In this document: in pieces, positions 1 to 8,602 of the stretch
How positions within the stretch are numbered: the first letter of the stretch is position 1
How the letters are laid out: each line of letters starts with the position of its first letter
NCBI GenBank assembly: GCA_963675525.2
Contig: CAXXSL010000008.1
Coordinates: 32,001 to 96,000 of the forward strand
From: Anaerohalosphaeraceae bacterium
GTDB taxonomy: Bacteria > Planctomycetota > Phycisphaerae > Sedimentisphaerales > Anaerohalosphaeraceae
DNA length: 64,000 nucleotides
Direction: 5' to 3'
The notes under the pieces: generated by a model
Seen by the model: the letters and a program-made list of their open reading frames with translations, nothing else
Databases searched by the model: none
What the model was told of the DNA's origin: nothing
Program-made: the position numbers and the translations under genes

Positions 1-347
1 ACCATCTTAAATCCGCATCCGGACACTGGGATGAACTGATGCACGACTGGCTGCTCGACGACGGCAACAACTATGACCCCGCAGACGACCAAAACAGCCC
101 CTGCATCGACGCCGGCAACCCGGAACTGTCCACCGGCGACGAATTAAAATGCAACGGAGACCGCATTAATATTGGCGCATACGGCGGCATGGAAACAGCC
201 TCTCGAAGTCCTGACCAAAAATGCTGTATGTCTTGCCTGCAGGCCGACTTCAACTGTGACTGCATCGTCAATCTTGAAGACTTGGTCGTCATCATGGGTG
301 AGTGGCTCGAATGCAACCTGCTGCCGCGGCATCATTGTGCCGAATAA
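1..347 (+). CDS. C-terminal part of an exported protein (beta-helix/choice-of-anchor-Q-like tail plus dockerin-like EF-hand motif); 5' end outside window
   Basis: Frame open from base 3: HLKSASGHWD...SPCIDAGNP...RINIGAYGG, then ADFNCDCIVNLEDLVVIMGEWL. Confidence 0.75.
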   Translation, partial: HLKSASGHWDELMHDWLLDDGNNYDPADDQNSPCIDAGNPELSTGDELKCNGDRINIGAYGGMETASRSPDQKCCMSCLQADFNCDCIVNLEDLVVIMGEWLECNLLPRHHCAE

Positions 348-399
348 GGCCTTCGCAAACCGATAATTTTCAAAACCGTGCCCGTTTTCTAGTAATTTT

Positions 400-425
400 T
401 GAAACGGTTTTGAATCTGAACCGTC
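400..425 (+). promoter_or_regulatory. Candidate ECF (sigmaW-like) promoter for the DUF4097 gene
   Basis: TGAAAC-N16-CGTC, resembling the B. subtilis sigmaW consensus TGAAAC-N16-CGTA. Confidence 0.45.
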
Positions 426-471
426 TTATATATATGTAATTAGAAAAGAAATTAAAAAAAAGGAGAGAAAA

Positions 472-1368
472 ATGAAGCTTTTTCGTCTATTTTTAATGAT
501 TTCAGTAATCATACTCGTCATTTCCCCGGCCGGTTGTGTCATCGACTTGGTCGGAGGCGGGGCCAATGAGAAATATGAACACACCGTGGAACTTGCCGAA
601 AAATTAGATGCCGGCTCAACTTTATCCGCAAAAACATCAAATGGCTCGATCACTGTCACCGGAACGGAAAACGAAATATGCCATATTGTCGCGACCATTT
701 CGGCACGCTCCTTTTCGGTCGAAGAAGCTCAGTTGCTCGCGGAACAAACAGAGATCCGTCTTGAGCGTAAGCCGGAAGGCTTGAAGACCGTAATTGTCCG
801 CCCCGAAATGAAACGAAATGAATCCGTTTCCGTCAGCTTTGAGATCGAGGTGCCCCACCAGACCGCCTTGGACCTGCAAACCAGCAACGGGAAAATTCAA
901 CTTTCACAAATCGAGCAAGAGATTCACGCAACAACGTCTAACGGTAAAATTGAGATGGCTTCTGTCGCCGGCAATATCGCTGCTCATACATCCAACGGCA
1001 GCATCACAATCCGACAAACCACCGCACAATCGCTGGACTTGCACACCAGCAACGGCTCGATCAAGTGTGAAAACATTTATGGAAACATGGCCGCTTCCAC
1101 ATCTAACGGTTCGGTTAACATCCAATATGCCGCCGACGCGAATTCGGCAACCCATATTCGTATCACGACCTCCAATGGAGGGATTGATCTTGTCACCCCT
1201 GAAAACTATTCGGCTAAAGTCGATGCGGCAACCTCCAACGGTAAAATTCACACGGGAATCCCGATCACAATGCAGGGAGAGATCGGAAAAAGATTAAACG
1301 GAGTGATCAGAGACGGTCAGGGACAATTGTATCTGCGAACTTCGAACAGTTCGATCACGATTCATTAA
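472..1368 (+). CDS. DUF4097 family beta-strand repeat protein (putative lipoprotein)
   Basis: AGGAG RBS; signal peptide ending SPAGC; about ten TSNG(S/K/G)I repeats. Confidence 0.85.
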   Translation: MKLFRLFLMISVIILVISPAGCVIDLVGGGANEKYEHTVELAEKLDAGSTLSAKTSNGSITVTGTENEICHIVATISARSFSVEEAQLLAEQTEIRLERKPEGLKTVIVRPEMKRNESVSVSFEIEVPHQTALDLQTSNGKIQLSQIEQEIHATTSNGKIEMASVAGNIAAHTSNGSITIRQTTAQSLDLHTSNGSIKCENIYGNMAASTSNGSVNIQYAADANSATHIRITTSNGGIDLVTPENYSAKVDAATSNGKIHTGIPITMQGEIGKRLNGVIRDGQGQLYLRTSNSSITIH

Positions 1369-2234
1369 CGCCCGGCGAATTTACAGGTGAGGATTTTGTA
1401 GAGCAGTTTGGCGGCCAAAAAGTCGCTGCCCCACATATTCTTACGCGGGCACAGTTCCACAATGTCAAAGCCAACCAGATTCTTGTGCTTGCAAACCGCT
1501 TTCACCAATGCAACCACATCGTACCAGCCCATCCCGCCCGGTTCCGGTGTGCCGGTCGCCGGCATAATCGACGGGTCGAACACATCCAGATCAATGGTCA
1601 GGTAAACATTGTCACTCAACAGTGCAACCGCCCGGTCAATCCAGCCTCGGTCCTGGCTATCGCAGATATCGTGAGCAAAAAATACCCGGCCGATATCCAT
1701 ATTGTCCTTTTCGCAGGTATCCATACTGCGGATGCCAACCTGCACAATCGGAGCAACGTCCTTCGCACGGGCCATCACACAGGCATGATTATACGGCGAA
1801 CCTTCATACTCATTTCGTAAATCGGCATGGGCATCGAGCTGTAGGACCGTCAAATCTTCGTATCGATTCGCCATCGCCTCGATCGCTCCAATGCTGACGG
1901 AATGCTCCCCGCCGAGAATAACCGGAAATTTGTCTTTATCCAGCAGCGCCTCAACACGCTGACGAACTTCTTGAGCCATTTGCTCAGGCTGCTGGAAACC
2001 TTCTGTCGGCGGTTCGGTAAAAATCCCCTGCCGGAAAACCTCCGAATCTGTTTCGCTGTCGTAAAACTCAAGATTGTAAGAAGCCGCCAGAATCGCCTCC
2101 GGCCCCTTGTCCGCCCCCTTGACCCATGTACTCGTCCCGTCATACGGAACCGGCAGAATCGCAATCTTTGCGGTTTGCGGATTGGTGTACTCCGGCTCGA
2201 AATCGCCAAATTGGTTTGTTTTATTTTTAGGCAT
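1365..2234 (-). CDS. speB: Agmatinase
   Basis: Ureohydrolase motifs GGEHS, DAHAD, DLDVFDP, TGTPEPGG; directly downstream of arginine decarboxylase. Confidence 0.92.
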   Translation of the reverse strand: MPKNKTNQFGDFEPEYTNPQTAKIAILPVPYDGTSTWVKGADKGPEAILAASYNLEFYDSETDSEVFRQGIFTEPPTEGFQQPEQMAQEVRQRVEALLDKDKFPVILGGEHSVSIGAIEAMANRYEDLTVLQLDAHADLRNEYEGSPYNHACVMARAKDVAPIVQVGIRSMDTCEKDNMDIGRVFFAHDICDSQDRGWIDRAVALLSDNVYLTIDLDVFDPSIMPATGTPEPGGMGWYDVVALVKAVCKHKNLVGFDIVELCPRKNMWGSDFLAAKLLYKILTCKFAGR

Positions 2235-2253
2235 TAGGCAATAGCCTGTTTTT

Positions 2254-2808
2254 CTAATCGAATAAGAAAACCGCCAGAGCTACCGTTGTCGTCCACAGGT
2301 CTTTTTGCCCGCTGGCCGTCTGGGTGATGTTGGTGGTCTTGACGAACAGACCGCTTTGCTTATACGCCTGCTCCTTTTCCGACCACGCCATCTCCGGATC
2401 CAGATCGATCCCCAGCGTCGTCCCGAGCATCCCGGCTGCAAGGTCTTCAGACATATCCTCGGCTTCACGCTTATTCATACCATGGCTATGAACTTCACTG
2501 AGATACCCCCAGTTTTTTTTGTCTTTGGGAATCGCCACACCCACCGAAGAGGCGATCAGGCGGCCGTGTTCATTGGAATCGCAGCGAGCCAGCACACAAA
2601 AGCAAATGGAGCCTGGCTTGAGTGCCTTGATGCCCTCGTTTCGGCTGATGATCTTGCAATGCGGCGGCAGGATCGACGACACCTGAACCAGGTTCTGCTG
2701 GGCAACACCGGCAACACGCAGCGCATCCTCAAACGATTTCAATTGATATTTATGCCGGCCGACACCCTTGGTCAGAAACATACGCTTGGGAACCAGTTGA
2801 CTCAACAT
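2254..2808 (-). CDS. pdaD: Pyruvoyl-dependent arginine decarboxylase
   Basis: VPKRMFLTKGVG, SFEDALRVAG, NLVQVSSILPP (Ser-Ser autocleavage site), GYLSEVH; AGGAGA RBS before ATG 2808. Confidence 0.9.
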   Translation of the reverse strand: MLSQLVPKRMFLTKGVGRHKYQLKSFEDALRVAGVAQQNLVQVSSILPPHCKIISRNEGIKALKPGSICFCVLARCDSNEHGRLIASSVGVAIPKDKKNWGYLSEVHSHGMNKREAEDMSEDLAAGMLGTTLGIDLDPEMAWSEKEQAYKQSGLFVKTTNITQTASGQKDLWTTTVALAVFLFD

Positions 2809-2887
2809 GGCACATCTCCTAAAACAGTCATCCACACCACCTTACAGAAAATCGACATCCGCACTCGCCGGATGCCCTCTCACGCCG

Positions 2888-2962
2888 TTAAAAAGAGCCT
2901 TTGACGACTCCAGACAAAAAAGAAGTCCGGATTATAGCCATTTTGTCGTCCATAACAAACAA
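2888..2962 (-). CDS. Candidate 24-aa leader peptide MFVMDDKMAIIRTSFLSGVVKGSF upstream of pdaD-speB
   Basis: AGGAG (2970-2974) 7 nt before TTG; TAA at 2888-2890; overlaps stem-loops. Confidence 0.45.
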   Translation of the reverse strand: MFVMDDKMAIIRTSFLSGVVKGSF

Positions 2963-3150
2963 AAAACTTCTCCTGAGTTCAATCAAAGGACGTCCTGATA
3001 CTGACCGGTCCAATTGTCCCGAAAATCAGCCTAAATGCAACCCTAATTATTTATAGAATTCATCCGGCATCTGAGCCATTTTACCGATTGTTACAAGGTG
3101 TTCGGTACACGAATTACCAATGCCAGACACCTGTACCAGCGGTGTGTTTT

Positions 3151-3939
3151 TTAATGGCAGTCAATCAAGACAACGGTGATGTTGTCGTGTCCACCGGCGT
3201 TGTTGGCTTGGTCTATGAGGGTTTTGGCGGCGGCGCTGGGGTCGGGGTTTTGGGATAGGATGTCTCGGATCTGAGTATCGGTGAGCATATCGGTCAAGCC
3301 GTCGCTGCAGAGGAGCAGACGATCATTTTTTTTAAGCCGGAACGATTTGATATGCGGCTCGGCCCGTTCGGGCATTCCCATATAGCGGGTAATGACGCCT
3401 TCGTCTTCGTGATTTTCGACCTGTTCGGGCTCCAGTTTGCCCTGTTCAATCAATTCACCCACGACGGAATGGTCGCGTGACAGTTGGGTCAAACTGCCAG
3501 CGCGACAGCGATACAGGCGGCTGTCGCCGAGATTGGCGATCGTCGCCCTGCGGTCATGAATCAACGCCAGTACAAGGGTCGCCCCCATGTCTTTATAGCC
3601 GGACTCGTTTTCGGCTTCGGCGAGGACCTGTTTGTTGTGCCGGCGAATCGCCCGCTCGATGAGCTTTCGAATCGGGCGCGGATTTTTGGAGCGGAGTTTA
3701 TGAAATCCGGCGTCAATGCTGACGGACAGGTCATTGACAACGAATGCCGATGCGACTTCGCCGCCGCGATGGCCGCCCATGCCGTCGGAGACAATGAACA
3801 GCCCCGTTTCCGGCTCGATGTGGTAGGCGTCCTCATTCGTCTGGCGTACTTTGCCGACGTCGGTACAGACCGCCCATGTAAACGGTAAACTGCCGTAGGC
3901 CTGCGGGTCAAGATGAATCGGGGTTTCGAGGGATTCCAT
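3151..3939 (-). CDS. PP2C/Stp1-family Ser/Thr protein phosphatase
   Basis: TDVGKVRQTNED, VSDGMGGH, MGATL, NLGDSR, LCSDGLT, GGHDNITV; start taken at MESLE just after the kinase stop. Confidence 0.9.
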   Translation of the reverse strand: MESLETPIHLDPQAYGSLPFTWAVCTDVGKVRQTNEDAYHIEPETGLFIVSDGMGGHRGGEVASAFVVNDLSVSIDAGFHKLRSKNPRPIRKLIERAIRRHNKQVLAEAENESGYKDMGATLVLALIHDRRATIANLGDSRLYRCRAGSLTQLSRDHSVVGELIEQGKLEPEQVENHEDEGVITRYMGMPERAEPHIKSFRLKKNDRLLLCSDGLTDMLTDTQIRDILSQNPDPSAAAKTLIDQANNAGGHDNITVVLIDCH

Positions 3940-3941
3940 TG

Positions 3942-5276
3942 CTAAACAATCCTTTGTTTGCACCATGGGCACCAATTCCAGTAAGAGGTATCGACAGAGC
4001 CGCCGCAGCCGGTGCAAATCTCGGGGAACGGGCGGATCTGCCATTTTTGGCGTGCCTTTCGGCGACACCATGGACAAAACTGCATAAAATTCATCATTTT
4101 GCCGCCGCAATGGGCACATTGACTCTGGTAGTCGGGTTTGGTTCCGTTGGGCTCCTGCGGGATAAAGCCGGGGCCGTAACACCACGGGCAATAATGCCAT
4201 TCGGGCGAGACGCCCTTGTGGCAGCGATGGCACAGATGGCTGAAGCGCGTACAATCGTCAAAGCGGTTTCGCTCGCTTCCGCACCAGGGACAGCACTGCA
4301 TCGACTCGGCAATCGGCTCGCCGCAGTCGGCGCAGGGATAAAGGTCGGTAAATACCCGAAGATAGCGGCGGGTAAAGCTTTTTTTGCGTAATTGCCGCCA
4401 GTCGGGGATGATTTTCCGCTGGCGTCCGAAGATTTTTTTCTGAAGCCCGGGGGGCGTTGCCGCCTCCATCGCCGTGAGCATCTGTTTGGCATTGGCAAAC
4501 CGCTTTTCCGGGTTCGCATCGAGGGCTTTTTTCATGAAGCGTACAAAATCGGTCCCGGTCCTGTCGCGAAGCCGGTCCAGACCTTTGGGCGGCCAATGAA
4601 ACGGCCAGCGCACCAGCACGCCGGTGAGAAACTCATAGAGCACCAATGCCACCGAAAAGCAGTCGCTGCGATAGGTCGGCTTTCCGAAGGCCTGTTCGGG
4701 GGCGACATAGCCGGGTGTGCCGAAATCGTCAATGGTTTTCATCCGCCCTTTGACCTGCACACCAATGCCAAAATCACCGAGCGCCGCTCTGCCATTCGAA
4801 AACAGAAAAATATTGCCCGGCGTCACATCGCAATGAACCAATCGCTTCCGATGGGCATACGAAAGGCCGTCGAGGACCTGTCGCGTGATAGACAAAATTC
4901 GGCGAACACCCATCGGGCGTGAGCAATCCTCCAGCGTGCCCGCTGAAAGTTCGGTGGCCAGGACCGCGTGATGATCGATAATATCGGCGTTCTTGACCGG
5001 CATGATATGCGGATGCCGCAGTTGGGCCACCAGACGGACTTCCCGGAGAATGGTTTCGTTATCGCGTTTTCCGGCGACATCGGGGCTGGGAATCTTTAGC
5101 GCGACCCAAATCCCCTCAACAGTATCACGGGCCTTCCAGACCTCGCAGAAGCCCCCCTTTCCAAGCCGCTTCTGGAGACGATATTTCCCCAGACGCTTAT
5201 TGGCGGCCAGCCGTAACGGACGATAAACATCTGCCCTAATTACCGAATCCGATTCCTGTAAAACCATATAATCCAT
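3942..5276 (-). CDS. Hanks-type Ser/Thr kinase with C-terminal tandem zinc ribbons
   Basis: GKGGF loop, VALK, HCDVTPGN, DFG, GTPGYVAPE; eight CxxC motifs at the C-terminus; start uncertain (5276 or 5267). Confidence 0.85.
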   Translation of the reverse strand: MDYMVLQESDSVIRADVYRPLRLAANKRLGKYRLQKRLGKGGFCEVWKARDTVEGIWVALKIPSPDVAGKRDNETILREVRLVAQLRHPHIMPVKNADIIDHHAVLATELSAGTLEDCSRPMGVRRILSITRQVLDGLSYAHRKRLVHCDVTPGNIFLFSNGRAALGDFGIGVQVKGRMKTIDDFGTPGYVAPEQAFGKPTYRSDCFSVALVLYEFLTGVLVRWPFHWPPKGLDRLRDRTGTDFVRFMKKALDANPEKRFANAKQMLTAMEAATPPGLQKKIFGRQRKIIPDWRQLRKKSFTRRYLRVFTDLYPCADCGEPIAESMQCCPWCGSERNRFDDCTRFSHLCHRCHKGVSPEWHYCPWCYGPGFIPQEPNGTKPDYQSQCAHCGGKMMNFMQFCPWCRRKARQKWQIRPFPEICTGCGGSVDTSYWNWCPWCKQRIV

Positions 5277-5467
5277 TCTGCCGGAAGAAGGGGCAATCGT
5301 AAAAGTCAAATCCTTTGAAACGTCAATCTAAAAGGTACTAATCGTGTGATTATCGTACCAGAGCCCAACCCGGTTGCCAACAGAAATTTATGGCGGTCAG
5401 GTTAATTTAAACCAGACCTTTTTATGCCGAATTAAAGAAAAAACAGTCCCTTTTTCAGATAAAGATA

Positions 5468-5495
5468 TTGCTAAAGAAAAATAAAATTCTATAAT
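5468..5495 (+). promoter_or_regulatory. sigma70-type promoter for the dksA-like gene
   Basis: TTGCTA-N16-TATAAT. Confidence 0.5.
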
Positions 5496-5581
5496 TCGGC
5501 GATTAATTTTTAATGTATATTTTAATAATGTCGAAAGCATATTCAGCGAACCGACCTTGACAGAAAACGTACTGGAGAACT

Positions 5582-6178
5582 ATGGCAAGGAAAAAAGCAA
5601 AACAGCTAACGAAAAAACAACTGGACTTTTATCAAGCCCTGCTGATGGAAAAGATGAAAGAGATCCTCGGGGATGTGTGCTCGATGGAAGAAAGCGTCTT
5701 TCAGAGCGGTGGCGAATTGTCCAGTATGCCGGTACATCTGGCGGATATCGGAACCGACAGCTATGAACAGGAATTCAGCCTTGGCTTGGTGGCCGAGGAA
5801 CGCAAAACCCTGATCGAGATACAGCAGGCACTGGCCCGTATCCAGAACGGCACTTTCGGCTTCTGCGAAGGGTTGGGAACACCCATTGAAGAAAATCGGC
5901 TTGAGGCGATCCCGTGGACTCGCTACAGTCTGGAATACGCCCGGATGATCGAAAGCGGAAAAGTCATGAAAGTGGATAATTTCAGACACAGACCAATCGA
6001 TATCCAGCGGGAGATGGACGAAGAAGACGAAGACAATGAACCGCTTGACGCCGAAGATGTCGAACTGCCCGACGAAGAAATGGACGGCGAGGAAACCGGA
6101 TCACTTGATGACCTACAGGAAGAAGAAGATTACGACGAGGACGATGAAGATGTCGAACGGCAGCGGGATTCGGCCTGA
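5582..6178 (+). CDS. DksA/TraR family RNA polymerase-binding factor with acidic tail
   Basis: HLADIGTDSYEQE coiled-coil tip, ALARIQNGTFGFCE, RLEAIPWTRY; GGAG RBS. Confidence 0.85.
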   Translation: MARKKAKQLTKKQLDFYQALLMEKMKEILGDVCSMEESVFQSGGELSSMPVHLADIGTDSYEQEFSLGLVAEERKTLIEIQQALARIQNGTFGFCEGLGTPIEENRLEAIPWTRYSLEYARMIESGKVMKVDNFRHRPIDIQREMDEEDEDNEPLDAEDVELPDEEMDGEETGSLDDLQEEEDYDEDDEDVERQRDSA

Positions 6179-6232
6179 GACGTCTCTTCGGAATATTTCG
6201 TTCCAATTAAATAACCTTGATAAATCCAAGAT

Positions 6233-6280
6233 AACCCCTAAAATAAGTGTTAACGTTAACGCTTGTTTTAGGGGTTTTTT
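6233..6280 (+). terminator. Long hairpin with T-tract between dksA-like and DUF4405 genes
   Basis: 22+22 nt inverted repeat with two G-U wobbles, followed by Ts and the next ATG. Confidence 0.55.
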
Positions 6281-7147
6281 ATGAGCATAAAAAAGTACTT
6301 TCAATTCAGAGCATTCGTATCTCTCCTTACTGGTTTCTCTTTTCTGGTAGCCCTGGCCTCCGGTATTATACTGTATATCACCCCGCAAGGCCGAATTGCT
6401 AACTGGACAAATTGGACATTTTGGGAACTGACCAAGCACGAATGGATCGCGTTACACATCTGCTTCAACGCATTGTTTGCCATTGCTTCGACCCTGCATA
6501 TCTGGTTGAACTGGAAAGCAATACTCAGCTATTTTTCCGGAAAGCTTCAGCACGTGTCAAGATTTCGGATTGAATGGTTAATGGCCCTGATCATCTGCGT
6601 CGCTGTTTATTGGGGAGCCTTAAAACCTTTTGCACCATTCAGTTCCCTGCTGGACCTCAATCAACGAATTAAACTCAGCTGGGCGACTCCCAAAAAGGCT
6701 CCACCAATTCCACATGCTGAGTTATTTACTGTTGAGGAACTGGCGAAAGAAGCGGATGTTGACCTCGAAACCATCCTGGCGAATCTGCGATCAAAAAATA
6801 TTGAAGCGGCCAGAACAGATGTATTCGGCCAAATCGCCGAACAGGCCGGTCTTTCTCCGGATGAACTCTACCAGATAGCAATAGGTCATTTGCAAAAAGA
6901 ACGGCAAGGCGGCCAAAGACGTGGTGGAGAAAAAGGTGGTGCCGGTGGAGGTGGTAGTGGCGGCGGTGGCTTCGGACAGAAAACACTCAAGCAAGTCTGT
7001 CAGGAGATGAATATATCATCGCAGGAAGCTGTCGATATCTTAAACACAGCCGGCATTAGCGCTTCAGCCGACGAAACGATCCGAACGATCGCCGACAAAA
7101 ATAATATCCACCCCAGTGAAATTCGACAACTGCTTGGAACACAATAA
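6281..7147 (+). CDS. DUF4405-like membrane protein with Gly-rich linker
   Basis: SGIILYITPQGRIANWTNW, WIALH, LHIWLNWK; three hydrophobic helices; GGGFGQKTL repeat domain. Confidence 0.7.
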   Translation: MSIKKYFQFRAFVSLLTGFSFLVALASGIILYITPQGRIANWTNWTFWELTKHEWIALHICFNALFAIASTLHIWLNWKAILSYFSGKLQHVSRFRIEWLMALIICVAVYWGALKPFAPFSSLLDLNQRIKLSWATPKKAPPIPHAELFTVEELAKEADVDLETILANLRSKNIEAARTDVFGQIAEQAGLSPDELYQIAIGHLQKERQGGQRRGGEKGGAGGGGSGGGGFGQKTLKQVCQEMNISSQEAVDILNTAGISASADETIRTIADKNNIHPSEIRQLLGTQ

Positions 7148-7167
7148 TCTCGAAGGGAGCATCAACA

Positions 7168-8577
7168 ATGGCTTGGAACATTCGAATCGTCAGTACATAT
7201 CCGCCGCGGCGTTGCGGGATCGGCACTTTCAGCAGAGACTTATCCAATGCGTTATCGCAATTTACGGGCGAGATCGGTCATATCCGCATCGCCGCGATTG
7301 ACAATAATCATGGCCCCTACAACATCCCGGTCGATCTGGTCATTGATCAATACAATCCGCAATCATGGAAAAACGTGACAACGGAAATTATCACACGGGC
7401 GAAAGAAAGTAACAACCCCACGGCGATTGTCCTGCAGCATGAATTTGGGTTGGATCCGGATGAACAGGGCAATGAAGGTACCGGGTGCCATTATGTCGAT
7501 ATCGCCAAAGCCTGCCGAGAGAATAATTTGACATGCCTGATCTATCTCCACACGGTGCTGGAGAGACCCAACGACCATCAGCGGCAAACCGTGATCGATC
7601 TGGCCGAGTATTCCAGCGGGCTTATCGTGACCACCGAAAGCGCAATCGACATACTTGAAAGCGACGCTTACAGCATCAGCCATTTCAAGCTCAAGCATAT
7701 TGACCACGGGGTTCGCATGCGCCAGCCGACACAGTTTGACCGGTTTGAGATCAAGTCTGAACTCGGCATTAACGATATTTTTCTGGCAACCACACTGGGA
7801 CTACTCAGCCCGGGTAAGGGTGTCCAGTACAGCATCCGGGCCTATGGCCGATTTATTCACGAATCCTGCACGTCCGCCCAGCGGCAGCATATTGTCTACC
7901 TGATCGGCGGCCAATGCCATCCGGAATTTGTCAAAGCCGACGGCGGAAGTTACTATCGAGAGTTTATGGAGGAAATCGAGAAATCGCTTAACGAGTCCGA
8001 TTTAAAATGGTGCACCGTAACAAACACGGAGAATGTCGACTGGCTCGGTAATGATGTCATTTTTCTGAACCAATTTATGGATGAAAGTGCGTTGTTGAAA
8101 ATATATGGTGCCACGAATGTCATGATCTTGCCATATCTGAACATGGAGCAAATCTCAAGCGGTATCCTGGCCGATACGATCGGTTCGGGCCGGGTCGCAA
8201 TCGCCACGAAGTTCCGTTATGCACTGGAATTGATCTACTCCAACAAGACTTGCCCGACGGGGGTTGTCATCGGGCGATTTGCACGGGGGATTCTGGTTGA
8301 TCCGGAAGAGGCTTCCGTCGAGCAGATTGCCAGTGCGTTGGATTTTCTGGTCTTCGAAAAAGACAAACGCCTGCGGATGGAAAAAGAGGCGCATCAACGC
8401 GGTTACCAGATGCGATGGGCCAACAGCGCCTGGGGACTGGTGCAATACATTGAGTTCGTCAGTGAAGAAAAGGAAATCACCACCGGCCGCGGCATAAAGT
8501 TTTTGCGTGAAAAGTCATCAAAGCTGACAATCAAAACCAAGCGAATGGTCAGTCCGTCCGATTCGCCGCTAACCTGA
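7168..8577 (+). CDS. Glycosyltransferase family 4
   Basis: STYPPRRCGIGTF, LQHEFG, GLLSPGKG, LPYLNMEQISSGIL. Confidence 0.85.
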   Translation: MAWNIRIVSTYPPRRCGIGTFSRDLSNALSQFTGEIGHIRIAAIDNNHGPYNIPVDLVIDQYNPQSWKNVTTEIITRAKESNNPTAIVLQHEFGLDPDEQGNEGTGCHYVDIAKACRENNLTCLIYLHTVLERPNDHQRQTVIDLAEYSSGLIVTTESAIDILESDAYSISHFKLKHIDHGVRMRQPTQFDRFEIKSELGINDIFLATTLGLLSPGKGVQYSIRAYGRFIHESCTSAQRQHIVYLIGGQCHPEFVKADGGSYYREFMEEIEKSLNESDLKWCTVTNTENVDWLGNDVIFLNQFMDESALLKIYGATNVMILPYLNMEQISSGILADTIGSGRVAIATKFRYALELIYSNKTCPTGVVIGRFARGILVDPEEASVEQIASALDFLVFEKDKRLRMEKEAHQRGYQMRWANSAWGLVQYIEFVSEEKEITTGRGIKFLREKSSKLTIKTKRMVSPSDSPLT

Positions 8578-8602
8578 TATCCTAATTCCCGCAAAACCCA
8601 AT

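Noticed and set aside
3940..4254. 105-codon upstream extension of the PP2C ORF overlapping the kinase, suggesting a frameshift fusion
   Set aside because: The extension is not protein-like, and a normal ATG lies 2 nt after the kinase stop
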